Positions 1-14,919 of a DNA stretch of 64,000 nt are shown here, piece after piece. Origin of the DNA: the human T2T-CHM13v2.0 reference genome, Homo sapiens; the NCBI RefSeq assembly GCF_009914755.1, contig NC_060937.1; one strand, 5' to 3'. The notes beneath the pieces are model-generated. The model saw nothing but the letters and a program-made list of their open reading frames with translations. It did no database searches and was not told the origin of the DNA. The position numbers and the translations under genes were made by a program. Each line of letters starts with the position of its first letter. Position 1 is the stretch's first letter.

Positions 1-1661
1 TGAATTAAAAACTTCACAATATTGTCTCCTTATCCAAAAACTTAGGATGTCTCTCCATTTATTTACATCTTTTAAAAGATGTTAATTTTCTTTTGTTAAA
101 TTATTTCTGTTGTTAAATTTGTGTGTTTTTTTGATAAATTTGTTCTTAAATATTTTATTCATTTTTTCTGCTATTGTAAATACAATTGTTGTTCTAATTT
201 TATTTTCAGATTATTGATTTCTGCAGTAAGGAAATACGGGTTTTTAAAAAAGAAATTATCAGTTAGATGATCTGAAGCAGAGAATTTCTTTGTTGGAAGT
301 TTTAAAATTTCTAATTTAATCTTTTTCATTTTTAATTGATGTATTTAGATTTTCTATATCTTCTTGAATCAGGTTGGTAGTTTATTTCTTCTAGAAATGT
401 GTCTATTTAATCTAACTTTTATCATTTATTGGCATAGATATGTTTGTAGTATTCCCTTATAATGTTTTTTGAATTGTTGTGTGTTCTGCTGTTTTTCCCC
501 TATTTCATTCATGGCTTTATTCATTTAAGTTATTTTTTCTTTTTTTCCTTTCATTTATCTAGCTAGAGGTTTTCCTTTATTGTTTATCTTTTTGAGAAAC
601 CAAGTTTTGTTTTTCAATTTTCTCATTGCTTCTCTATTGATTATTTCATTTACTTCTACTACATTCTTTATTTTCTTCTTCTTTATGTTTATTTTGACTT
701 ATTTTGCTCTTTGTAATTCAGTGACTTAAGGTCGAAGGTTAGGTTACTAATTTGAGATACTTCATCTTTCTTAATATCGGCATTTACGCTCCATTTTTCC
801 TCTAAGTGCTTTTCTAGCCATACCCCATAAGTTTTAATACATTGTCCTTTTATTTTATTCATTATAAAATATTTTCCAATTATTTTGTTTTTGCATTTTT
901 CTTTGACTGAATTGTTTTCTGGGATTACATTATTTAGTTTTCATGTTCATAAATTTTTCATATTTCCTTCTGTTATTAATTTATACTTTGATTCCATTGT
1001 TGGAGAATTTATTTTGTGTAGTTAAAATCCTCTTAAATGTATTGGGGCTTGTTTTGTGGCCTAGCATGTGGTATTCTGGAGAATAATACATGTGCTTTAG
1101 GAAAATGTTCATTATACTATTGTTGGGTGGCATGTCCTATAGATGTTAGTCATGCTTATTTAATTTATAATGTTGTAAAAGTTTCCTATGTCTATGTCTG
1201 TTTGGATTGTCTGCCTAGCTCCTCATCTATTTTTAAAAGTAGAACATTGAAATCTCAAGTTCTTTCTGTTGAATTTTCTATTTTACTCTTCAATAATTTT
1301 AGTTTTTATTTTATACATTTGGGACTCTTGTTAAATGCACGTGTTTATAAATGGTATTTCTTCCTAATGGATTGACATATATTACCATTATAAATTGTAT
1401 TTATTTGACTCTAGTCACAATTTTTGATATAAAGACTATTTGTCTAATATTAAGATAATATCTCCAATTATTTTGGTTCTTGTGTAGTACCTCTTTTCTC
1501 ACTTTTAATCTATTTATATCTTTTAATCTAATGTGCATCTGTTCTAGAAAGTACATAGTTAGATCATAACCTTTAAAATTAAATCTGCAAATTTCTGCCC
1601 TTTTGTTGGATTATTTCATTCAGTTACATTTAATGCAATTACCAATAAGTTGTGCTTTATA

Positions 1662-2412
<751 letters not shown>

Positions 2413-2484
2413 TATATGCCAATTTACTATTTGCTTTCCTAAGATATTATTTTTTTACTATTCCACTATTCCTTTATTGATTAA

Positions 2485-2623
2485 TTTTTTTTTTTTTTTT
2501 TTTGGTAGAGATGGCATGTCACTATGTTACTCAGACTGGTCTTGAATTCTTAGCCTCAACTGATTATCCTGCTTCATCCTCCCAAAGTATTAGAATTACA
2601 GATGAGAGCCTCTGCGCCTGGCT
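2485..2623 (-). mobile_element. FLAM / free left Alu monomer
   Basis: poly-T followed by a single antisense left monomer (gtagagatggcatgtcactatgtt...cctggct). Confidence 0.85.
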
Positions 2624-5600
2624 ACTTCATGTTTTGTATTAAATAGATATTTTCTGCTATACAATTTAAAATTTTTATTTTCAACTTCTTTCTAAAATTA
2701 TTTTTATATTATTGTCCTGGGCACTAAATTAACATTTTAACTTAAAATAACCTAGTTCGGATTAATATCAACTTAATTTCAACAAAATACAAAAATTTCC
2801 TTTCCTTTTCTTTCTCCCTCCCTTGTAGTAATATTGTCATCTAAATTATACCATATACATTATAATCCTGGCAACACCATTTTATAATTATTGCCTTATG
2901 CAATTGCCTGTAGATCAGATAGAAAAGTAAAAAGTTACAAACAAAAATTCATTTGTACTATGTTATATTTACTTATAGAGTTCATTTACTTGTGTTCTTT
3001 ATCTGTTTATATGACTTGAGTTAATGTTTAGTGTTTTTATTTAGCCTGAAGAGCTCTCAATAGCATTTCTTATAATTCAATCTGCTAGCAATATTTTTTT
3101 TCAGTTTTATATATCTCATAATGTCTTAATTTCCTCCACATTGTTAAAACATAATTTTACTGGGCATAAATATAATCTTTGATAGTATTTTTCATCTCAG
3201 AACTCTGAGTTTGCCACATGGTCTCTGGTTTCTGAAAAGAAGTTGTTATTTTTCTTGAACATAAATTGTAACAAATCAATCATTTTTTCTTGTTGCTTTC
3301 AATAATTTCTCTTTGTTTTTGATGTTTGACAGTTTGACTAGAATGGCTTAGGTATAGATATCTTCAACTTTATGTTTTTTGTAGTACTTTGAGACTACTG
3401 AATGTGTAGATTGAAGTTTTTCATCATACTTAGGATTTTTTGCCTAACGTTACTTAAACTCTATTCTTTCTATCATTTCTTAGCCTCCTTTTTTTATGAG
3501 ACCCCTATATACATATGTTGTCATGATACATATTTTTCTTTATTGTTTTCTCTATCTGATACTCAGAGTACTTAATCTCAATCTATTTATTTTAAGTGTA
3601 TTGATGTTGTCTTCTGCCAATTCGTTTCTGTTGAGCCACTGCAGTGAATTTTTTATTTCAATTATTATATTTTTCAACTTCAAAATTTCTGTGTTTCTTT
3701 GGCTGTTTTTCTCTATTTTGTTACTCATCTCTTTGTTACTCTCTATTTAATGAGAGATTATTTTAATATATTTTCTACTTCTTTAGGCATGGTTTCTCTT
3801 ACATCTTCAGAAATATTTATAACTGTTCTAAAGTTTTGTCTCATTGAGTTTAATGTTTGAGCTTCCTTGGAGATACTTTGCATGTACTTTGTTTTCTGTT
3901 TATTGTTGTTGGTAATTTTTTTCATTTTGTCACCATCTCAGCCCCATATGGCTTATTTGCATGTCTCATCAATTTTAGTTAAAAGTTGGACATTTTAAAT
4001 AATATCACAAATCTAGAAATCTGTTCTTATATCCTCAGTGTATGTTGTTGTTATAGTAGCCATTTGTTTAGATAATTTTCTGGATGAATTCTATAAACCA
4101 GTCACTGCTCAGAATAGTGACCAGCTAATAGTTTTCAAAAGATGTTCTTCAAAGTCTTGAACCAATATGTCTCTCACCTTTTGCCAAGCAACTTTGAATG
4201 TTTATTGGGGTGTTGAGACATGCTTTTGATTTTCTGACACTTTATATCTCTGCCTTAGCCTTCACTTCCTACTAACATAGAGCATTAAAGTTAGACAAAT
4301 AGAAAAAGTTTTCAGACATTGTTGGTTTTTCATGGGCAATGAAAACTCTTGCACATGCCCATGGCTTTCTAGATCCCAAGGAACATGTTAGAGCTTTTGA
4401 ACACTAACTAGATTTACATTATTTCCCAGATTTTGTTTTTACATTTTTGTCTAGTCTCCTCTTTATTTCATCCAGTATCACAGACTAAGGCAACTGTGAT
4501 ATTAAATAATAGCAACTGATTTATTTGACAAACAAGCTGGAAATAGGATTTTTCTTACTTAGCCAACTCTGAGTCACATCAAATAAAGACAAACCCTCTA
4601 AAAGAAACTTTTCCAGAGAGCAGCTGTATTGCTCAAATGTTGGCAATACTCTGATAAGACTTTTGGAAGAGCTCCAGATCTGCTCTGCACACAATCTTCT
4701 CCTGATTCCAGTGGTTGCTATGCTGCTGTTTTTCACAGCTACTGCTCTTGTGCTGTTTTTCAAGGGTACTGTGAAAATGACAAGAGTTGGATGGAAATGT
4801 CTTATATATCCTAGAGTGTTGGTTATATCTCTAATAAAATACATATCTTCCACTTCGGCAATATAGTTATGAGGATAACAAATTTCTTAAGCAGAAATTT
4901 AAGAAGATATACTACTGAAATGTTTTGTATTTTAAAAATCATTTTCCAGTATTCAAACAGGGCATGCCAGTTAGTTTATTATTAACAAAATACGTGTGTT
5001 CATACTAAACCCTTTATAGTAAGTATGGCAAATTTTAAGTATAATTTCCTGGAATTATTTTTGCTTTTGTTACTTTAATACCACATTTAATTTGCTCCCA
5101 AAAGAGATATTTTTCCAAAAGCATTTTGTTTTTGCAAATCACTTTCCCATTTGAATAAGAACCTCTCTTGTGATTCTGAGTATTTTGATATACTTATCAC
5201 TTTTGTGATAAGGCAATCACAAAAAATAATGTTAACTATTTTTAAGAAATATTGGCTAAAAAACGTAGTAGCCTTATTATGTAGTCAATTAAGGAAAAGC
5301 TTATTTATTGTTGATTTTGACTTAACTTCTGTCTTTGATATTTATAAGGTATATTTTACTGCATAGTTGAGTCTGCAGATTGTTTTCCTCCAGCTACTTC
5401 ACTATGAGCACAAAATTAATTATATATGCACCAGCAGATGCCACCAATATACACTTGAAAATGCAACAATAAATCTAAACTTTTATACCAAATAGAATTT
5501 CGCTATATGTGGCCTTATATTTACTCTTCCTTCTTTCAGCAGTTACAAGAATAAACACTACATACAATGTTGATATGTGAATGTACTAATTTAAATGATA

Positions 5601-6759
5601 GATAACATTTAATTTTTTATTATGTATTTTAATGTTGGAAATAATATTAAAGGTGATTACAATAGAAAATAAACCAGTAAAAATTCAAGAATCTTCCTAA
5701 ACTGATCATTGAAGAACTGTAAGATTTTCTATTTCAAGTGTTTATGTAACAGGGTACCTAACACAATTGCAGAATACAAACACACACACAATTTCAGAAA
5801 TATATATATTTTAACATACCCACATGTATATTTAGAAATACACACACGTATAATATATGTATATGTAATAAAAAGTGAACTCATTTATGCTATCAGGCCA
5901 TTACAATAATACATTTTTAGAATTTCACAAAAGTAATTACTTTGGAAAGAATATACTTGCTACCAAGAGTTTGAAATTAGACTTTCACTAACAAGGTAAA
6001 CTTTCAGATATAAGAGCCATATATCTGGTTATGATTATATATTACATCAAGGATTTTAAAACTACACTTAAACACAGACACACTCTCTCCTTCTTTCTCT
6101 CACTCCATGATATATATATAGCCCTGTCCCATTACCCCAAAGTTATTCCAAAATCTTACCAAGGATCCTTATTCCTTCTTTCAAAATACAGCTCTCCACA
6201 AAAACCCCACCCCATACACACAGCACAACACATGTCATCATGGGATATTTTGGCCTCCTTTTACATAAAAATAATTGGTGGTTATTGAGATTGAATGTCT
6301 ACCTTCACTCTTAACTTTGGATGTTCGTATAATTACTATTTTAGATACTTTTGAAAATGAAAAGAGGCCTTATTAATTATTGTAGTGAAAAAAGAATGTG
6401 AAACTGGAAAATTTAGTCACTCTTCAAACCCAAAAAGCAGATAACATGCCTAAATCTACCCTTCCTTCCCTATGCTTTAAATCACTCAATTGGGTGTCAC
6501 TCTTCCTTTCAAACAAAAATTCCTTTGCATGGACATTATATTTCACACTTTCTCCATATATAGCTGCTTTATCTAGTAAAGTAACCAGACCTGAATTCTG
6601 TAACCATTCACCTGACTCTCACCTTTTCCTTCTTAAAGACCATTCTTATTAATGGTTATTTTTTTTATTAAATATACTATAAAGTGTTTCACAATTTTAC
6701 TCAAAGTCTTTTTTCCATTCCTATCACATTTATGCTAAAATGCACACTTAATTACATGA

Positions 6760-7255
6760 CTGTAAGATGCTGAATGAATTGTCTCCATGCCCCCTCTCTG
6801 ATCTCATTTTCTGCAAATCTTTTTCACTCCCTTTCTACTTCAGCCACAATTCAAATTTTGAAGCACACTAAGAGGTACTCAGTGTCTTTGTACTTGATGC
6901 TTTATCTCTTTAAATGCTGTCTCAAAATATCATGTGGCCTGTTTCTCATTTCATTCATTTTTGTTCAAATGTCATCTCCACTGAGTGGTCTTCTTTGACC
7001 ATAATATATAAAATAGCACTCATCACTGTCCTTGCAACTGAAATGTATTTTCTTTTATAACACATACCACAGGCTCAATGAGCATTCAATACTACTTTTA
7101 TTGTATGTCTCCTTAGTATTAAGTATTAATACTATTTTCATTGTATGTCTCCTTCAATACAAAAGAATTTAAGCCACATGAAATTTGTGTGATTTTATTT
7201 TTACTTTTTTTCTACCCAGAGCTTAGTCAAAAATATATTTATTGAATCACTGAAA
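6760..7255 (+). mobile_element. L2 3' end relic
   Basis: ctcatttcattcatttttgttcaaatgtcatctcc...ctttgacc and aaatatatttattgaat resemble the L2 3' end. Confidence 0.55.
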
Positions 7256-7958
7256 GAAGTTGAAAAAATATAATCACAATTATATAGGATTTCTCTCATC
7301 TTTTAGCATGAACATATCACTGTATGGATTTTTACAGTGTACACTGTGCTTCTGACTTAGGGAGGCTCTTTTCTCTCATAAACCACATATTTACCTCTCC
7401 TTCCAGAGTATTTGACTATTAAAACAATTCATTTTTCAGTATCCTTTTTTCTGTCTCTACTGCATAAATTCTATAAGTATAAAATCACATTCTCTCATTT
7501 CCCATTGATAAAAAAATTCTTTTCTCAACCCCATGTTGAATTCAAGGAACCATTCAATTATTTTATTAATATTCACAGCAAGTTTTTCCTACATAAGAAA
7601 AAATATTTAAGTATGTTTGGCTTTACAATAGCATTTGACAAATTTGTATTTCTGAGAAGCTGAGAAATGTGTTTTGCTTTCAAAACACAATACTAGCCTG
7701 GCTTCCACCTGTCATGACTTTATAGGTTTAATCATGAACTTTATAATCTTTTCTCAATTCAAGCCTGCCCTAAGCAAACACTTAAAGAAAAAGGAGTTCT
7801 AGGAAGCTTACTTTAGCCTAACCAAATTGACAAAATATAAAGCCATCACAGGTGAAATAACCAAACTATGTAAAAGCTTTCAAATGTTTTTTGAAATTCC
7901 TTAAGTGAGTTTTTCAATTCTAGAAGCTCTGATTGATTTCTTCTTAATCCTCCCTCCT

Positions 7959-8213
7959 GGCGGATCACTTGAGGCCAGTAGTTCAAGCCCAGCCTGGCCA
8001 ACATGGTGAAACCCCATCTCTACTAAAAATACAAAAATTAGCCAGATGTGGTGGCAGGCGCCTGTAGTCCCAGCTACTCAGGAGGCTGAGGCATGAGAAT
8101 CGCTTGAACCTGGGAGACGACAGTTGCAGTGAGCAGAGATCCTGCCACCGCACCCCAGCCTGGGAGACAGAGTGAGACTCGGTCTCATAAAACAAAACAA
8201 AACAAAACAAAAA
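7959..8213 (+). mobile_element. AluS, 5'-truncated, (AAAAC)n tail
   Basis: starts at ggcggatcacttgagg, A-rich linker, right arm, AAAAC tail. Confidence 0.93.
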
Positions 8214-8399
8214 TACATGGCACTAGTCTATTTGGTAAAACTAACCACATAGAATCATTCTTAAGCTTTCCCTTTACTTAACCCACAATATTTACTATGT
8301 TAGTCAGCATTCTAGGTACTGTAGCCAAGTATAATCTATTAGCTATTCATTTTTTTCTGTTAGTCTCTTTTTCCAAATAATCTTATTTAACCTCCCCAA

Positions 8400-8690
8400 T
8401 TTTATCATTTAAATCCAATTTCAAATATCCCGTTAGTGCTTTCCACTAACAATGCTCGTGAAAATGCATTCTTTCATAAATCTACATTGTTTTAAATTAG
8501 TTTTCCCCAGTGAAGATATCAATATGTAAATATATTATGTTTAATTATTTGTTCGGTCTATACTCTCTGTATTTTTCTCACTCAAATATAAGCTTCATGA
8601 CAGGAGAAACTTTCCTTTATCAGGTATTTATATCTTAGTGTCTTGACGACAGACTCTGATAGAATAGATTGTGAAACAAATGAATAAAGT
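8400..8690 (+). mobile_element. L2 relic
   Basis: aatataagcttcatgacaggagaaact...caaatgaataa resembles the L2 3' end. Confidence 0.4.
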
Positions 8691-8779
8691 GCTAAAAATA
8701 TCTATATGAAAATATATTTCTTATGATACATAGAATGCATAGTTTTAATTTGATTTATTTATCATATTTTTATATCATG

Positions 8780-8960
8780 GTGGTCAGTGGAAATAGAAAT
8801 TATTTTGGAAGAAAGACCTGGTGTTCTAAGTTGTAGATACAGCTCTGCTATGTGACTTTAGGTGAGTCTATATAACTTTACTTACCTTTCATTTATCATC
8901 CCTCAAAAAATAACATTTGCTATCTGCAATTATTCTAATAAACTTTAGTGAAATTATGGA
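8780..8960 (+). mobile_element. MIR relic
   Basis: agacctggtgttctaag...gctatgtgactttaggtgagtc resembles the MIR core. Confidence 0.5.
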
Positions 8961-9156
8961 ATAACATTAGCCTTATCTTTCACATGTGTTTCGTTAACAG
9001 CATTTTTTTTTTCAAATACATGCAGAGAGAAAGCATGGTTCTTCTACTTCATTGAATGATAATTCTCTAAGAAACCGTAAGGATAAAATATACACAGACA
9101 ATAAGAAAAAACATCTCAATTTACTGGCTTTTGTCATACAAAAAATTGTAAGAGAA

Positions 9157-9460
<304 letters not shown>

Positions 9461-9758
9461 TTTTTTTGTAAGAGAAAAGCATATGCCTACTATATATGAG
9501 AGCTAAGGACAAAACCATTAGATCTCTGATATATTTTTATGACTAAGAGAACTGCTTTGTTTTTTCATCTAAATCATTATCTAGCCTTCTTAATAAAAGT
9601 AATCATTTCCCATTATCCTACCCATTCACCCCGAAGAATTGCAGAAGTAAGAAAAAGAGAAACTGCTATTAGGTTTCTATTGTTATTCTTTTCTCCCTTT
9701 TATCTGCATTTGAAATTAAAGCTTTTAAGTCAAAGAATCATTTCTATGCTTGGAAAAC

Positions 9759-9861
9759 TGAATTAGAGTAGGAAAATGAATAAAGAATAATAAAAATTTG
9801 TTAATAGCTTGCAGCAGTGATATTTTCATACTACATTAATTCATTTTCCTACTCTAATTCA
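9759..9861. repeat. Perfect 23-bp inverted repeat with 57-bp spacer
   Basis: tgaattagagtaggaaaatgaat (9759-9781) is the exact reverse complement of attcattttcctactctaattca (9839-9861). Confidence 0.95.
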
Positions 9862-10989
9862 CACAGCAGGGATAACAAATGAAAAAAAAAAACCATAACA
9901 TTTAATCCTTATGGGACAGAAATTAATACCTTAAAGACACAATATTGTAGAGTAATGAGATATTTAGAGGATATTCTAGCCACACTATTAGCAAGAAGAG
10001 AGGCTTTTTTCACCTCTTAACAAAATTATTTAGACATCTATTCTGACATTAGACCTACCCACTTCATGAATGTTAGTTAAATTTTTTAGATCTTAATGCA
10101 ATGACAAATTATGATTACATGCCTAATTATTCAAAAAATATGAAAGGTTTTAAGAAAGGATCTGGTGCTTAAGGATATTTAAGCAGGTAAATTAAAGAAA
10201 ATCCATGTAGCCAACTACCGAACATGGGAAAAGGTCTGAGAATCCTTTGGAGATAAATCTGCATAAAACACAGGGCTTGACACACAACTATTTAAGGAGA
10301 AAAGTATCAGTTACAGCATACAACTGGAGAAAGTCTTGTGAAATATGCAATGGTCATTTTAGGATTGAAAGAAAGTGACAGAGAAAACACAATGAGAAAG
10401 CTTTAAAAAGCATTTTTTATGGTAAGGTTAAGATAGTTATATACGTCATAAATTTTCTAGAAATTACATCTGAAAGCAAAGGAGCTTACTCCTCAAATAA
10501 TTCAATAGGGTTTTGTATTCCATTAAGTTAAACATAAGATTCTGCTGGAAGAATATTTTATGCTTATTAACCAATGCTCAAAACTCTATAGGCAACTTAA
10601 ATAAATTGAAAGGTTTGAATAACTCTATTACATAAAGTTTACAGACTTCCTTCAAAATTAGTTAAGATGCCCCTGATGGTAACATGACTAGAAAATGTTC
10701 TTTGGGAATCAAATTTGATCTGTTGTTAGGAGTGTCCTAAAACAGCACATTAAACTATTTTTTTGTATTATAAATTAACAGAAGGATAAATTTCGTATGG
10801 TTAAAACTGTTTGAAGCAAATTAGTTTGGGAACCTAACTACACATGGAAACTTGATGGAAGTAGAAAAGATATCCCCAAGAATGAAAAGGTGCCCATGCT
10901 GGGAAGACAGGACTAAGAGCATTATTAATTATATTTCTGTTTAGTTCAGAGCCAACTTTCAAAAGTGGTAGAATTGGTTGAAAGAGTTA

Positions 10990-11500
10990 ATGATGGTTTG
11001 ATAGATTAAATTATTGATCTCATTTTTTTCCTAACTTGCAATAGCTTCATATACTCACACCCTTGGTATGAACCCAGTATGGGAAGAGTGTATGACCCAG
11101 TTAATTAACTATTTGGGTCTGACCACGTAAATGAATTCATCCACTGTGTTGACAGTAAATGTAACATGAGCAGAGGTTCACCCTATTGGGCTACAACAAA
11201 CTGCAATGAGAAGACTACATTGTAGGTAGCCATTGCCCCTCATCCTGGGCTATAAAATGTCACATTTAAAGACAGGGTACATTGCCCGGGTAGGAGCAGG
11301 TTTAGAAATCGTGTGAGGCATGTGGAACAGATCTGAACCCAATGTGCAGATCCAGAAGCCCAGACTAGAAAGTTCAGTCAAGCTAGTGTCACTAAATTGC
11401 TACTGACCAACAGATGTAAAACTGGTAGATAATTGTTTTAAGAAACTGAGTTTTGGGGTGGTATGTTATTAAAAATTATTTTGACAATAGCTAACAATTA
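10990..11500 (+). mobile_element. MLT1 (MLT1H-like) MaLR solo LTR
   Basis: catgtggaacagatctgaaccc and 3' end ttgttttaagaaactgagttttggggtgg...caatagctaac typical of MLT1. Confidence 0.7.
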
Positions 11501-11577
11501 TGGATACTAGTTTTAAAAAAAAATGGAAAGAGATCAGGTATGATCAAATTTACAAAACCAGTTAAAATCATGTATGT

Positions 11578-11826
11578 GGCAGGACATGTGGCTCACATCT
11601 ATAATACCAGCAATTTGGGAGCCCAAGGCGGGAGGATCACTGGAGTGCAGGAGTTTGAGACTACCATGGGCAAAATAGGGAGAATGCATACAAAATTTTA
11701 AAAATTAACTGGACATGTGGCACATGCCTGTAACCAGGGAGTGTGAGGCTACAGTGACCCATGATTGTACCACTGAGCTGCAGCCTTGGTGACAGAGCAA
11801 GACCCTGTCTCAAAAGAAAAAAAAAA
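11578..11826 (+). mobile_element. AluJ with internal deletion in the right arm
   Basis: AluJ-type ggaggatcactggag, gaggctacagtgacccatgattg, caagaccctgtctc; tcccagctactcgggaggc segment absent. Confidence 0.88.
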
Positions 11827-12076
11827 GTATTCATTAAAAAACAAAAGAGAACATCTTCAAACTTATGTAGAAGAAGAACAGAACATTTTGTTTTCTTAAA
11901 TAAGACAAAAGAAAATTTAGTTATAAAATTATGAATTTTCTGACTACTAATATTTTTATTTAATTTTAAATTTGTTTTGTAAAACATGAGATATGAATAT
12001 TTGATATATATAGGGCTATTTTAAAAGAATAAGTATTAGAAATAAAAATATAATTTAATGCAAAAGTAAAAATTAA

Positions 12077-12418
<342 letters not shown>

Positions 12419-12716
12419 AGAAAGATAATATTCTAATGCCTGAAGGATCCTTGGATCCCTGGTTATCCAGGAGTATAGTATATTCTAGGCTACTTGCACT
12501 TCCCTCTCTCCCCAACCCTGTCTTTGTTACTCTCTCTCTAGAGTGTCTCACTCTCTCTCTTTCTCACTCCCTCTTTCTCTGTCTTTTGATTTATTTATTT
12601 ATTTATTTATTCATTCATTTATTTTTGCTCACCCTTCTCTCTTTCTCTATTTTTAGCTCTATTTCTGTCTTTCTCTCTAAATGTGCATTAGTAGTTAGAT
12701 TTTAAGAATGGCCCTT

Positions 12717-13032
12717 GGCTGGGCGTGGTGCCTCAGACCTGTAATCCCAGTATTTTGGGAGGCTGAGGTGGGTGGATCACCTGTGGGCGGGAGTTCAACA
12801 CTAGCCTGACCAACATGGTGAAACCCCGTCTCTACTAAAAACACAAAATTAGCCAGGCATAGTGGTGCATGCTTGTAATCCCAGCTACTCGGGAGGCTGA
12901 GGCAGGAGAATCACTTGAACCTGGGAGTCAGAGGTTGCAGCGAGCCAAGATCGCCCAATGCATTCCAGCCTGGGCAACAAGAGAGAAACTCCATCTCAAA
13001 AATAAATAAATAAACAAATAAATAAATAAATA
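12717..13032 (+). mobile_element. AluSp/Sq-type, (AAAT)n tail
   Basis: agcctgaccaacatgg, gggcaacaagagagaaactcc; TSD a(a/g)gaatggccct. Confidence 0.95.
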
Positions 13033-13155
13033 GGAATGGCCCTCAATGACGTTTGCTCTTGCACAACTCTCTCCACTTTGAGTATGGATCGGAACTGTGA
13101 ACATGCTGAGATATCACTCTTGAGATTATGTTACCAAATGTAATCATGTGAGCAC

Positions 13156-13629
13156 ATTTTTTTGTAAATATATATATTTTAATCTCCTTTTTATCATACT
13201 TTAAGTTCTGGGGTACATGTGCATTACGTGCAGTGTTGTTACATAGGTATACATGTGCCATGCTGGTTTGCTGCACCTATCAACCCTTCACGTACATTAG
13301 GTATTTCTCCTAATGCTGTCCCTCCCCTAGCCCCCCACCCCCCAACAGGCCCCGGTTTGTGATGTTCCCCTCCCTGTGTCCATGTATTCTGATTGTTCAA
13401 CTCCCACTTTTGAGTGAGAATATGTGGTGTTTGGTTTTCTGTTCTGTTAGTTGGCTGAGAATTATGGTTTCCAGCTTCATCCATATCCCTGCAAAGGACA
13501 TTAACTCATCCTTTTTTATGGCTGCATAGTATTTCATGGTGTATACGTACCATATTTTCTTTATCCAGTCTATGATTGATGGGCATTTGGGTTGGTTCCA
13601 AGACTTTGATATGTGTATTGTGGCACAGT
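13156..13629 (-). mobile_element. L1PA (PA6-PA8-like) 3' end, 5'-truncated with a short inversion
   Basis: antisense L1 3'UTR tactttaagttctggggtacatgtgc...; ORF-track peptides match L1 ORF2 C-terminus (WNQPKCPSIIDWIKK); TSD tcatgtgag(c/a)ac at 13144-13155 and 13630-13641. Confidence 0.95.
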
Positions 13630-14489
13630 TCATGTGAGAACTTTACAGTCAGGTAGCAGAATGGGAAGACAAAGAGATTTGAGGCATGAGAAGCATTCCA
13701 TGGGCCATTACTGGGTTTGAAGATGGATAAAGCCTAGGCAAAGATCAGAGAGCATCTTTTAGGATCTGTGAACAACGCCTGGTCAAAAGCCAGCAAGGAA
13801 ATAATAGTAACATCAATCTCAGTACAGACATACCCAACTGAATTCTGCCAACAGTTTGAAGGAGCCCCAAAAAAATTCTTCTCCAAAGTTATCAGGTAGG
13901 AGCCCAACCCATCCAACAGCTTGAATGTGGCCTTCTGAGTTCCTAAGCACATTGGAAGCTGCGTGGAGTTTGACCTACAGAACTGTGAGCTAATAAATGG
14001 ACATTGTTGTAAGGCATCTCATTTGTGGTAATTGGTTATGTAGTAATAGAACATGAATCCAATGTGTAAAATGCATATTAACTTAGGATTTAGAGTAATT
14101 TATTGAGAGGTTCTTTTTGTTCTCGACACTGTTTTATTTTTGTATACCTACATTAACAGAAGAAATAAGAAAGAAGGTTATGTGACATTCTTTTTTTTAT
14201 TTTATTCTTGTAAGAGCTATTTTATCTATGATGTGTTTAATTATCCTGGTGAACATACCGAGTTTCTGCTTTGTTCATAATGCTTAGTTTTATTTTTGGT
14301 GAAATGTTGATGAGGTCAAGCAAAATATCTGCTCAACACATATTTTTAAAAACCTTAACATCTCAAATATTGAAAAAATATACAGCTTAAAAATAAAATA
14401 CAAAAAGATGTTAAAATATTTCTAAAAGAGATCATGTTAGAAGTGATATGAAACTTTGGCTTATTTGTTTTTATGCAATATGAAGCATC

Positions 14490-14919
14490 TGTCTACCTAA
14501 ATAACTAACAGAAAGAAGCTCTCTAATAGAAAATGATGTTTATTCAGGCATAGGACACTGAAATGGGAATACATGTGCATATTCAAGGAGCTAAAAGAAG
14601 ACAAACGTTTTTAAAGGAAAAAATAGAGAATTACATAATTGTTTTGAAATAATTATCCTTGGTGACAAAGATCATTAATGAGGGTGATGCCAGCCCAGGG
14701 TTGGACAGGCAGTTGGTGGGTAGATGTCCTTGCAGAAGCGCTGTTATGTCTAAGGTTGCTGTGATCTTTGTGCAAGGTTGTGATTTTTGTGACAGTTTTT
14801 TATTTTCAGGCATATGGGCGTGAGAGCCCTCTCTTCATAGACTTCCCTGATTCTACTTGTCAATTTTTGTTTTTCCTTCTAATAGTAATGACTCCATTGT
14901 GATTCTGACAACCTTCCCA
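14490..14919 (-). mobile_element. ERV1 solo LTR, MER67/MER31 group
   Basis: reverse complement begins tgggaaggttgtcagaatcacaatggagtca (consensus tgtgaaagttgtcagaatcaaaatggagtca); TG...CA ends; 4-bp TSD catc. Confidence 0.8.

Larger units (their letters stand above)
12682..14061 (+). mobile_element. MLT1 (MLT1E-like) LTR interrupted by an Alu and an L1PA
   Basis: aagaatggccct..., actgtgaacatgctgagatatcactc, gccagcaaggaaat, ctgaattctgccaaca, gacctacagaactgtgagctaataaatgg. Confidence 0.8.

Noticed and set aside
5431-5444. CTCF-like motif ccagcagatgccac
   Set aside because: Mismatch at a strongly conserved G of the core; single isolated hit
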